Of a stretch of DNA of 64,000 nt, positions 29,195-37,778 are shown piece after piece (the first letter of the stretch is position 1; each line of letters opens with the position of its first letter). The position numbers were made by a program, and so were the translations under genes. Source of the stretch: a candidate division WOR-3 bacterium. Lineage in GTDB: Bacteria; Hydrothermota; UBA3073. Under the pieces are notes generated by a model that ran no database searches, was not told the DNA's origin, and worked only from the letters and a program-made list of their open reading frames with translations. The stretch lies in assembly GCA_023129165.1 (NCBI GenBank), contig JAGMCL010000039.1, forward strand, positions 1,839-65,838, in the 5' to 3' direction.

Positions 29195-30260
29195 TTAGGT
29201 ATTCTTTGACAGCAGGTACTCTTTTATAAAGTCATCTATTTCTCCACCCATAACTCTCTCAACATTGCCAGTCTTATGACCAGTGCGATGGTCCTTTATA
29301 AGCTTATATGGATGAAGCACATAAGAACGTATCTCTCTACCCCAGCCAATTTCTTTCTTGTCCTTCTCGAGCTTCTTTAATTTCTTCCTTTCCTCTTCTC
29401 TCTTTATCTCATAGAGTTTTGCTCTTAGAACCTTTAATGCGTTTACTCTGTTTTGATACTGTGAGCGTTCACTCTGGCAGGTTACAACTATTTTGGTTGG
29501 AATATGAGTAATTCTAACTGCAGTGCTTAATTTATTCACATTCTGTCCTCCTGGTCCAGATGAACGGAATGTATCCATCCTTAATTCAGTCTCTTTAATT
29601 TCTATTTCTGCCGTATCTTCGATGACAGGATATACAAAACAGGATGCGAATGATGTGTGTCTTCTCGCCCCAGAATTAAAGGGAGATATACGCACTAATC
29701 TATGAATGCCTGTTTCAGATTTTAGATATCCGTATGCATATTCTCCCTTTATTTCGATTGTGACATCCTTGATGCCTGCAACGTCTCCTGGTTCAAGGTC
29801 GAGAATATTGGAGGAGAATTTATGCCTTTCTACCCATCTTAGATACATACGAAGAAGCATCTCTGCCCAATCACATGCCTCTGTTCCTCCTGCACCAGGA
29901 TGTATGCTGAGTATGGCATCGTTTTTATCATCTTTATTGTTCAGGGTAAATTGTATCTCAAAATCATCTATTTTTTTTTCGAGTGTCTCTATTTCCTCTG
30001 TAACCTCTTCTGTGTCTTCTATCATGGAAGTTAATTCTTTAGTATCTATTATGTCTTTTTTCAGATTCTCAAAAGTGGACAGAATATTTTTGATATTAGA
30101 TAATTCTTTTGTAATTTCCTGAGCTCTAATATTATCGTTCCATAAATCAGGTTTTACAGCCTTTTTTTCGAGTTCAGAGAGTCTTTTCCTTAATTTATCT
30201 AGGTCAAAGAAACCTCCCGAGCTTATCTACTCGCTCAATCAATGTATCTATATTACTCAT
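29195..30260 (-). CDS. prfB: Peptide chain release factor 2, requiring the conserved programmed +1 ribosomal frameshift at CTT TGA C (complement of 30203-30209).
   Basis: Frame 0 from the ATG (complement of 30258-30260): MSNIDTLIERVDKLGRFL, then in-frame TGA, with an SD-like GGGAGG 3 nt upstream of CTT. The +1 frame continues DLDKLRKRLSELEKK... into the 276 aa ORF. That ORF carries the SPF motif (ISPFNSGARRHTSF) and GGQ (SGPGGQNVNK). AGGAGG RBS before the ATG. Confidence 0.85.
30203..30209 (-). promoter_or_regulatory. prfB: prfB programmed +1 frameshift site CUU UGA C, with an upstream SD-like GGGAGG.
   Basis: Read directly: ...CTC GGG AGG TTT CTT TGA CCT AGA TAA. The +1 frame continues into the RF2 body. 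Confidence 0.85.
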
Positions 30261-30353
30261 AATTCCTCCTATAAATTAAAAAAGTATTGTCAAAAAACTT
30301 TTGCCTATTTTCTTCTAATTCGTTAGCTAACGAATAACCTACAATTTTACAAG

Positions 30354-30652
30354 CAGTTATCTACTTTTTGCTTGCCTCCCCCTGATTCTTGTAGGGGTCG
30401 GATTCATCCGATCCGTTTCTTTTGTGGGTTCGATAAATCGAACCACTACATTTTTGCTTTCATATTCTTTCATATTATTTTGACACTATTTTAAACAGTT
30501 ATCTACTTTTTGCTTGCCTCCCTCTGATTCTTGTAGGGGTCGGATTCCCGTCTACCGTCGGGCGGGTATCCGACCCGTTTCTTTTGTGGGTTCGATAAAT
30601 CGAACCACTACATTTTTGCTTTCATATTCTTTCATATTATTTTTCGCAGTAT
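30354..30652 (-). repeat. Two tandem copies (142 and 157 bp) of a structured repeat upstream of prfB. A third copy lies at 52785-52934 upstream of ppiD.
   Basis: Unit cagttatcta...ttgcttgcctccccctgattcttgtaggggtcggattcccgtctaccgtcgggcgggtatccgacccgtttcttttgtgggttcgataaatcgaaccactacatttttgctttcatattctttcatattatttt. It contains hairpins GGGTCGGAT...ATCCGACCC and GGGTTCGAT-aaa-ATCGAACCC. Copy 1 has a deletion in hairpin 1. Confidence 0.85.
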
Positions 30653-30815
30653 CATTAAAAGAAATTGTACAACATTTGACACTACAGGTTAATGGTAATG
30701 AAAGACGTACTTTGTTGAATTTATGAACTTAATGGAAATTTATTATACCACAATTTTTTACCATTGTCAAGCCTTTTTAAAAAAGTCACATAAAGAAATA
30801 TATCTTATTTTTTCC

Positions 30816-30844
30816 TTGACACATGCTGCCATATATGATATAAT
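30816..30844 (+). promoter_or_regulatory. Consensus sigma70 promoter for the 2-hydroxyacid dehydrogenase gene.
   Basis: TTGACA, 17 nt spacer, TATAAT (30839-30844). Confidence 0.6.
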
Positions 30845-30879
30845 ATATTAAATTGGACTTTTTAGATGGGAGATTAATG

Positions 30880-31839
30880 TCAAAAATATTTCTTACAAGG
30901 AGAATTCCAAAGCCCGGGTTAATGAAATTAAATGAATATACTGATGATTATGCCATCTTTCCTCCTGATAAGCCTATTACAGAGAAAGAGTTGATAGAAG
31001 ATATTAGTAGTGTAGAAGGGCTTATTTGTCTTCTTACAGACCCGATTACAAGAAATGTTATAGATAGTGGTCGAAAACTGAGGATTATAGCTAACTATGC
31101 CGTGGGATATGATAACATTGATATAGACTATGCCACTAATAAGGGGATTATAGTAACAAATACACCGGGTGTTCTTACTGATGCAACTGCTGAGCTTACG
31201 TGGGCTCTTCTCTTTGCCTGCACGAGAAGGATTGTCGAGGCAGATATGTTTTCAAGAGAAGGAAGATTTGACGGATGGTCGCCAACTCTTTTGCTGGGAA
31301 AGGGATTAAAGGGAAAGATTCTTGGTATCATTGGAGCCGGAAGGATAGGCACTGCCTTTGTCCTCAAGGGAATAGGATTTGGTGTTAAAGTTCTATATAG
31401 TGATCCGTATATAAATGAGGTCCTCGAGAAAAAAACTGGGGCGAAGAGGGTAAAGATGGAAGAGTTATTAAGGAAATCCGACTTCATTTCATTACATATA
31501 TCTTTAAAAGAAAGTACCCATCATTTAATAGGTGCAAGGGAAATTTCTCTATTAAAACCGAGTGCTTGTCTTATCAATACGTCAAGAGGACCAATTGTAG
31601 ATGAAAAGGCGCTTATACGAGCATTGAAGGATGGTAAAATAGGTGGAGCGGGTCTGGATGTTTATGAAGACGAACCAAATATTCCCGAGGAATTGATTGA
31701 ATTAACTAATGTGGTCTTGTTACCTCATATAGGCAGTGCTACCCATGAGGCAAGGAATAAGATGGCTGTAATGGCAGTCGAAAACCTGATTGCAGGTCTT
31801 GAGGGTAAGAAACCACCCAACCAGGTGAATATAAAATAA
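30880..31839 (+). CDS. D-isomer-specific 2-hydroxyacid dehydrogenase (glyoxylate/hydroxypyruvate reductase-like). An alternative upstream start at 30853 is possible.
   Basis: NAD-binding GxGxxG (LGIIGAGRIGTAFV) and the catalytic His/Glu/Arg region of the family (LLPHIGSAT...). A consensus sigma70 promoter lies at 30816-30844. Confidence 0.8.
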   Translation, partial: SKIFLTRRIPKPGLMKLNEYTDDYAIFPPDKPITEKELIEDISSVEGLICLLTDPITRNVIDSGRKLRIIANYAVGYDNIDIDYATNKGIIVTNTPGVLTDATAELTWALLFACTRRIVEADMFSREGRFDGWSPTLLLGKGLKGKILGIIGAGRIGTAFVLKGIGFGVKVLYSDPYINEVLEKKTGAKRVKMEELLRKSDFISLHISLKESTHHLIGAREISLLKPSACLINTSRGPIVDEKALIRALKDGKIGGAGLDVYEDEPNIPEELIELTNVVLLPHIGSATHEARNKMAVMAVENLIAGLEGKKPPNQVNIK

Positions 31840-31948
31840 GAGGATAGATAAGTTTTTGTAAAAAGAAATTAGCTTACCACGTCCATCAAGAAGTATATGC
31901 GAGAGAGAAGCAATCATTTTTTAAAGTAAATGTTGGGTTTTGAATCAA

Positions 31949-33358
31949 CTAAATAGTGGATGAACCTACTATGTTGATTAACCTGCCCACAGGTGTCCAT
32001 CCAGAGATTGATTCGACATAGACTCTGGTAAAATCTCCAATATTTAAGGTTTTAATATCATTCCAGGGGCTTTTAATTATTACCTCCTTATTTGTTCTGG
32101 TTTTACCCATTGGAAGACCATCTCTCCTGCTTTTTCCTTCTATAAGAATTTCTACATCCTTTCCCACAAGTTCTTTATTTTTTTCTTTTGTCATTTTGTT
32201 CTGGAGTTCTATTAACTCTTTGAGTCTTTTCTTCTTCACCTCGACTGGGATATCATTAGAAAATCCTGCTGCCTTTGTGCCTTCTCTCTTTGAGTACATA
32301 AACATATATGCGAAGTCAAATCTTTCCTCTCTAACAATATCGAGTGTTTTTTGGAAATCTTCTTCTGTCTCTGTGGGAAATCCGACTATAATATCTGTAG
32401 TTATAGTAATGTCTGGAATTCTTTCTCTCATTATCTGAATCCATTTTCTGTATGTGTCTACCGTATACCTTCTTTCCATCATATTAAGGATTCTATCTGA
32501 GCCAGATTGGATTGGCAGATGAATATTCTCACATACAGAATCGCATTTTGCCATTGAATCTATAAGTTCATGGCTCATATATGCAGGATGCGAGGTAAGG
32601 AATCTAATTCTTATTCCATTTGATACTTTGTCTATCATTTTTAGGAGAGCTGAAAAATCAAATTGGTTCCATCGGTATTCATTTACACTCTGACCAAGTA
32701 GTGTTACTTCCTTTATACCTCTACTTTTTAGGAATTCTAATTCGTCAAGAATATCATAAGGATTTCTTGATGTTGCTTCTCCTCTTACATAAGGAACAAC
32801 ACAGTAGGAGCAAAAGTTATCACATCCCCTCATTACAGGAAGAAAGGTAGATGTGTCTTTATCAGGGTTAGGATAGGGAGGAGGAGGTTTTCGCCCCGCC
32901 AAAGGCGGAGCTCCTACTGGCATGCTGCATACTGCATACTGCGTATTTATCCCGTGGAATGCTTCAACTATTCCACTGGGACTGCTTACTATATTTTTTA
33001 TAATCTCATCCAATCTATCGTATTTCTTTGGACCTATAAAAAAATCTGCCCCGACGATATTATCGCCGAGGCGCTCTGCCATACATCCAATCACTCCAAT
33101 TTGGAGTGTTGGCCTTTCTCTCCTTAATTTTTGGAGACTCGATATTCTACCAAGTGCCCTTTGCTCTGCATGTTCTCTTACACTACAGGTATTTATAATT
33201 ATTATATCAGCATCTTCTTGATTATCAGTCTCTTTAAGTCCTTCACCTTCAAACAGGGATGCAACCATCCTTGAATCATACACATTCATCTGACAACCAT
33301 ATGTCTTAATATAGAATGAAGGCTTTTTGACGCCGAAAGTCTTTAATTCTGTTGACAT
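31949..33358 (-). CDS. miaB: Radical-SAM methylthiotransferase of the MiaB family, with an unusual Pro-rich linker insertion.
   Basis: N-terminal MTTase domain (YIKTYGCQMNVYDS), radical SAM CxxxCxxC (GCDNFCSYCVVPYVRG) and a C-terminal TRAM domain. The inter-domain linker carries PVGAPPLAGRKPPPPYPNP, encoded by locally GC-rich, repeat-containing DNA (about 32860-32950). Confidence 0.75.
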   Translation of the reverse strand: MSTELKTFGVKKPSFYIKTYGCQMNVYDSRMVASLFEGEGLKETDNQEDADIIIINTCSVREHAEQRALGRISSLQKLRRERPTLQIGVIGCMAERLGDNIVGADFFIGPKKYDRLDEIIKNIVSSPSGIVEAFHGINTQYAVCSMPVGAPPLAGRKPPPPYPNPDKDTSTFLPVMRGCDNFCSYCVVPYVRGEATSRNPYDILDELEFLKSRGIKEVTLLGQSVNEYRWNQFDFSALLKMIDKVSNGIRIRFLTSHPAYMSHELIDSMAKCDSVCENIHLPIQSGSDRILNMMERRYTVDTYRKWIQIMRERIPDITITTDIIVGFPTETEEDFQKTLDIVREERFDFAYMFMYSKREGTKAAGFSNDIPVEVKKKRLKELIELQNKMTKEKNKELVGKDVEILIEGKSRRDGLPMGKTRTNKEVIIKSPWNDIKTLNIGDFTRVYVESISGWTPVGRLINIVGSSTI

Positions 33359-33391
33359 CTGTAAATTTTCTCCTGTTTAAATAATCCTTTT

Positions 33392-33978
33392 TCACAGCAT
33401 AGCTTCCAATCTTGGCTTTATGATATTATCAACACGGCAAATCTTGGCGTATTGCATAATCTCTTTTGGCTTTGTGCCTTTCTCCGTTACAGCCACCTTG
33501 AGAGCTTTCCGTGCAGTATTTATACCTATTCTATTGCGAAACTTGAAACAATCGGCAATAGTTTTGGCAAGATTGTAAACTCTGATTTTATGTCCCTCGA
33601 GTTTATATTCCTCTATCTCTGCTTTCCATACCTCGGGCGCAAAGCGGTAAAACTTGACTGGAGGATATTTAATTCTATTTGCATGGGTACTCTGTGGAAT
33701 AGCAATTTCCACATATTTGGGGATTTCACTGGTTGCTTCGTAAAAAGACAAAGCGGAAAGAAGACAAATAACGCCCCGTGGTGCCTGAAGAGATGCAATA
33801 ATTAGATCAGGATGAGACCCTGGTTCGTAATCAACTACGCGATAAAGACCTTGGGCAATCCTTTCGACTTTTCCCTCTTTTTCAGGAGCAATAAGCGAAT
33901 CCGGATGAAACCCAGCCTTTCAGTATAGCAGAAAACCTAACCACGCCGCCCTGGTTCTGGAAAAAACTCATAAGCTCC
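33392..33978 (-). pseudogene. AbiEi-family (type IV TA antitoxin/COG5340-like) gene, interrupted by a 1-nt frameshift near 33915. No AbiEii partner is present.
   Basis: From the ATG (complement of about 33976-33978): MSFFQNQGGVVRFSAILK, then a frame change, then AGFHPDSLIAPEKEGKVERIAQGLYRVVDYEPGSHPDLIIASLQAPRGVICLLSALSFYEATSEIPKY... This continues into the 119 aa ORF. It matches the AbiEi N-terminal wHTH pattern (G.VR...L...G.....L..L...G.LER..RG.YR...........L......P.GVICLLSAL.FH.LT). Frame 0 hits TGA after ...GFAYCS. Confidence 0.5.
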
Positions 33979-34277
33979 TGTGTTCTCGTGTTCACCTAAC
34001 CTCCGTAGAATTTCTTACTACTTGCGAATAAGTATATATAATTTATACGGTATGTCAATGTTTTTTTGGCTTCATAAATCAACAAGATAATTGAGAGAGA
34101 ACAGGCAGAAAATGCCGGTTTCGGGCGAGGGAACTTTCGTAACCGGTAATTCCTGCTCTCAATCAAACAATTGCGATGCGGATTGACCAAAGGGCAAAAG
34201 GTATCAAGTCCACTACGAATAACGCCGAAGGCGGTTGAAGTCGGACGACTACAATTACCGAAGGTGAGAAATGGCAC

Positions 34278-34727
34278 TTATATATATTGCTTTAATTGCT
34301 TTTTTCTTCTCGCCAAAGCATTCGTAACTTCTTTGGCACATAATAGCGCGTCTTTCTTTATTTTGAAATCCCAAAATCTAAAAACTTTCCAGCCATCTTT
34401 TCTTAATTTTCTATTGACTCTTTTGTCTCGGGCGATATTGTCTTCGATTTTTTTGTACCAAAAACTTTTTCTGACTTTTATTTTTTTCTTTTCCTTCGAC
34501 CAATTGAAACCGTGCCAAAATGAGGAATCGCAAAAAACTGCAATCTTCTGCAGTCTCCAACAGAAATCGGGCGTGCCGAGTACACCCCTTTTATTTTTAC
34601 GATAGCCCCGCAAACCAGACGCCCAAAGCGCTCGCCCCATGATCTTTTCAATTTCGGTCCCTTTTGCCCTTACATGGGACATTTTGTAGGCGACAATTTC
34701 CTTTTTACTTCTCTTCAAATGAGTCAT
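34278..34727 (-). CDS. vsr: Very-short-patch repair endonuclease (T:G mismatch endonuclease).
   Basis: MSHVRAKGTEIEKIMGRALW...TPDFCWRLQKIAVFCDSSFWHGFNWSK...FWYKKIEDNIARDKRVNRKLRKDGWKVFRFWD matches the Vsr pattern (MS.IR.K.T.PE...R..L...G.R.......GKPD.V.P..K.A.FV.GCFWH.H.C......K....FW..K...N..RD......L...GW.VL.VWE). Confidence 0.8.
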   Translation of the reverse strand: MTHLKRSKKEIVAYKMSHVRAKGTEIEKIMGRALWASGLRGYRKNKRGVLGTPDFCWRLQKIAVFCDSSFWHGFNWSKEKKKIKVRKSFWYKKIEDNIARDKRVNRKLRKDGWKVFRFWDFKIKKDALLCAKEVTNALARRKKQLKQYI

Positions 34728-34749
34728 TACATATAAAGCTATTCTAGTA

Positions 34750-36636
34750 TCAACTATTTTTTATATCTACATAATCTTTTATTTTGCGGATGTTTTCTTC
34801 CCGAGTTCTTTTTTTATATTCCAATCTGTTACACATATCCTCGACTTTTGACGCAAATTTATCGCATTCAACCCTAGTCATAGATAAACCGTCTTTGGTT
34901 CGAATGCTAGTATGCCATTCAACATCTGTATTGAGAGGTCTAGCAGGTGTATGTCCCTTGATATTAAAAACCTTATGATCCCTACGTGTTATCCAACCAG
35001 CTCCAACTTCTGTTACAGCACCCCATGCTTTCGCCATATCTTTACTGGTTACATAAATAACATATATTTTTTCGGCTGAATAACTTTCAACGAAAAATGT
35101 TCTTAAATAATCATATACTTCTACCCCTTCAGGGATTCTGCTAATTTCATCATCACAATTTGTATATATGATATCTTCTGGAGGAACACGATTAAACAAC
35201 AATAAACTGTAGATAACGTCCGATAGGTCTTTGTCATCTTTTGTGTGGCATATTAGAATCTTCTTTTTCTGAGCATCTACCTTCTTTTTTATCCCAACGA
35301 TAGGAAGAAAAATATTCATCTCATCTTCAATGATTTTCTTCATTTTTGTCAATGTATTTTTATCACTTTGATTTATCATTTCGGTAATTCTCCTGGTCGC
35401 GCTACCAGATGTTTCTTTCTTATATTTATCAACCAATTTTCTTAGCTCTCTTTCTTTTTGTTCTTGTTTCTTTAATTTCTCTTTTTCTTTCTCCTCTTTG
35501 TGATAGTTAGCATAAACGGTTCTAATTTCGACAATGTCGGGTAATAATTTTTTGGCAACAAACGAAATCACTTCCTGATATCTCGGATCATCTGTTTTAT
35601 ATCCCTGCCGATTACTTAATGCCATATCCGGCAACTCTGTCTCTTCAAATAAATCCACATGAAGTTGACCAACAACATAAACTTCTTGAAGCTTATTTTT
35701 TCCGACAACGGGTAGTATATTATACTCACCAATTTTGCTATTGGATAACAACGAAATAAAATTGTCAGGAAAGTCGCCATGCATTGCTTTCCTTCCTCTT
35801 GTGGTCTTGTATGCGCCAACCCAACCTTTTATGATAAGATTGTATTCCTTTTCTTTTCCATCTTTATTTCTAAGTTTCATTGGCTTCTTTTTTTCTTTTC
35901 GCACTTGCAATAATTTCTTTTCTTTGTCTGGATAATCGTTATTAAAAAAGTTAGCCAAGTATTCAAAATCGCTACCAATAATAATTAGTCCCCCCAGTTG
36001 CTTAATCATTTCTCGATCAAAGCTTTTTATGATTTCCTCTTTGTCATTCTGGATTATATGTATTCTAAAATTTCTGTTTATAAGAGGGAATATTTTGAGT
36101 AGATTTTTCTTAATCGTCTCAAAGCTTTTATTCAATCCATAATGAGGCTCTTTCATTATTATTGAGGTACCGTGTTTTTTAATCTTTTCAAATCGCATGT
36201 CTTTCTCTTCCAAGGGATCCAGAATTCTGTCATCTCTAACGTATATTGTAAAAATGAATCCTAATTTTTTACCGTCTTTGATTGTCTGAACCCATATATT
36301 GTCCGAAACCGAAAGTGCTGCCAGTTTTCCAACGCCTTTTCTACCTATTTTCCGGCGCCCTTTTTTTGTATACGAATCTTTTTTTGTTGTACGAGTTTCA
36401 GCTGCCACATTCAAGTATATTTTTGTATCTTCATATGACATCCCAATTCCATCATCCTCAACAATAATGGAATCAGGTTTTGCTATAATATATACATTTC
36501 TTGCATCGGCATCATAAGCATTGGCAATCAACTCAGCAAGAATATAATAAATATTCGTGTAAAGACTTGGCCCCAATAACCTCAATATTTTAGGATCAAG
36601 TTGCAATTCATATTTACGTTCTGATTGGTTATTCAT
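34750..36636 (-). CDS. GHKL-superfamily ATPase (MORC/MutL-like HATPase_c_3) with a long Lys-rich middle region and an unassigned C-terminal domain of about 180 aa. Candidate restriction/effector partner of the adjacent Dcm.
   Basis: Bergerat fold boxes: N-box ELIANAYDADA, G1 DDGIGM, G2 GRKGVGKLAA. Lys/Glu-rich coiled-coil-like segment (EKEKEKLKKQEQKERELRKL). The C-terminal segment (KKKILICHTKDDKDLSDVIYSLLLFNRVPPEDIIYTNCDDEISRIPEGVEVYDYLRTFFVES...) begins like a TIR-like/alpha-beta nucleotide-binding fold, but I cannot assign it confidently. The gene overlaps the dcm stop by 4 nt. Confidence 0.6.
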   Translation of the reverse strand: MNNQSERKYELQLDPKILRLLGPSLYTNIYYILAELIANAYDADARNVYIIAKPDSIIVEDDGIGMSYEDTKIYLNVAAETRTTKKDSYTKKGRRKIGRKGVGKLAALSVSDNIWVQTIKDGKKLGFIFTIYVRDDRILDPLEEKDMRFEKIKKHGTSIIMKEPHYGLNKSFETIKKNLLKIFPLINRNFRIHIIQNDKEEIIKSFDREMIKQLGGLIIIGSDFEYLANFFNNDYPDKEKKLLQVRKEKKKPMKLRNKDGKEKEYNLIIKGWVGAYKTTRGRKAMHGDFPDNFISLLSNSKIGEYNILPVVGKNKLQEVYVVGQLHVDLFEETELPDMALSNRQGYKTDDPRYQEVISFVAKKLLPDIVEIRTVYANYHKEEKEKEKLKKQEQKERELRKLVDKYKKETSGSATRRITEMINQSDKNTLTKMKKIIEDEMNIFLPIVGIKKKVDAQKKKILICHTKDDKDLSDVIYSLLLFNRVPPEDIIYTNCDDEISRIPEGVEVYDYLRTFFVESYSAEKIYVIYVTSKDMAKAWGAVTEVGAGWITRRDHKVFNIKGHTPARPLNTDVEWHTSIRTKDGLSMTRVECDKFASKVEDMCNRLEYKKRTREENIRKIKDYVDIKNS

Positions 36637-37772
36637 AAATACCCCTCAAAATGTTTAATAATGCTTTTTCCGATTATCTCACCCAAGCGAACCGGCACAG
36701 CATTTCCTATGTACTTCCCCAATCTTTTAAGTTCTACCGGTGAAGTAAAAGGGATAAATTTATATTTTTTAGGAAAAGTTTGTAAAATTGCGCCCTCACG
36801 TATTGATATGGCTCGATCTTGTTCGGGGTGACCAAATCGTCCCGTCCCAAAACTAAAAAACTGTGTTGTAATCGTAGGTGCTGGTTTATCCCACTCCATC
36901 CTTGCATAAACAGAACCATATGTGTTGCCGGTTTCTTTTCTATGACAATCTGCTCTTAGATTCACATCCCAATCTCTCCATGAACCACCTGGTACCGATT
37001 TCTTTATTCTCTTGAGATTGACTTTCGAGAGAGTTGCCGATTTATGCAATCTATCTTTTTTTGATGAAGTACCGGCTTTAATTGGCTCTAAATTACCGGT
37101 AGCCATTTTGACTGTTTTATAATTTTCCGGCTTATGTGTCGGAGCTATTAATTTTATTTCTCCTAACTGCGAAGCCAATAATACCAACCTTCTTCTATTT
37201 TGTGGAATTCCGTAATCGGGGCAATAAACATTTTGCCAATTGATATAATACCCTTTTGATTTGAGACCGTCGACAAAATCGGAGAAAACTGTATGTTTAA
37301 TTATTTGAGGAACATTTTCCATCGAAACAACATCAGGTTCCACTTCCTTAATCAATTTTATAAAATGATAAAGCAATCCCCAATCGTCTTTAGTCTCTCT
37401 ATCTTTTTCCTTTTGAGTATACTTGGAGAATGGTTGACAGGGAGCACAACCTACCAAAACCATCAGACTTTCAGCAGGATATAGTTTTGAAATTTCCTTT
37501 GATGTGATTTCTTTGATACTCTTGTGAATAAACGATGCGCCATTATTCTCTTCAAATGCAAACTTACATTTTTCATCGACATCAACTCCGGCTACGACTT
37601 TAATACCTGACTTCTGCAAACCATAAGTCAAACCCCCAACTCCACAGAACAAATCCACCGCAACTATGGATAACTTCTTTCTTTTTCTAATCATTGCCTT
37701 TTCTTCCTCTCCACTAAAATTGTTTCTCATACCAGACCTTAATAATTCAATCATTGATTTCTTATTCCTCAC
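36633..37772 (-). CDS. dcm: DNA (cytosine-5)-methyltransferase, Dcm-type.
   Basis: Motif I (VDLFCGVGGLTYGLQKSG), motif IV PC (GCAPCQPFS), motif VI ENVPQI. Followed by the GHKL gene and vsr. Confidence 0.85.
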   Translation of the reverse strand: MRNKKSMIELLRSGMRNNFSGEEEKAMIRKRKKLSIVAVDLFCGVGGLTYGLQKSGIKVVAGVDVDEKCKFAFEENNGASFIHKSIKEITSKEISKLYPAESLMVLVGCAPCQPFSKYTQKEKDRETKDDWGLLYHFIKLIKEVEPDVVSMENVPQIIKHTVFSDFVDGLKSKGYYINWQNVYCPDYGIPQNRRRLVLLASQLGEIKLIAPTHKPENYKTVKMATGNLEPIKAGTSSKKDRLHKSATLSKVNLKRIKKSVPGGSWRDWDVNLRADCHRKETGNTYGSVYARMEWDKPAPTITTQFFSFGTGRFGHPEQDRAISIREGAILQTFPKKYKFIPFTSPVELKRLGKYIGNAVPVRLGEIIGKSIIKHFEGYL

Positions 37773-37778
37773 GATTAA

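Noticed and set aside
30260-30300. TTGACA in the prfB/ppiD leader as a standard -35 box.
   Set aside because: No acceptable -10 hexamer lies 16-18 nt downstream. That position is occupied by the SD and start codon. It is treated as a recurrent motif of unknown role instead.
33358-33392. An AbiEii toxin gene partnering the AbiEi-like gene.
   Set aside because: The downstream gene is miaB. No nucleotidyltransferase-like ORF is present on either side.
33996-34605. ORFs 33996-34277 (minus) and 34171-34605 (plus) between abiEi and vsr.
   Set aside because: They overlap each other and the vsr gene and show no motifs. They are likely spurious; the region is probably promoter or remnant DNA.
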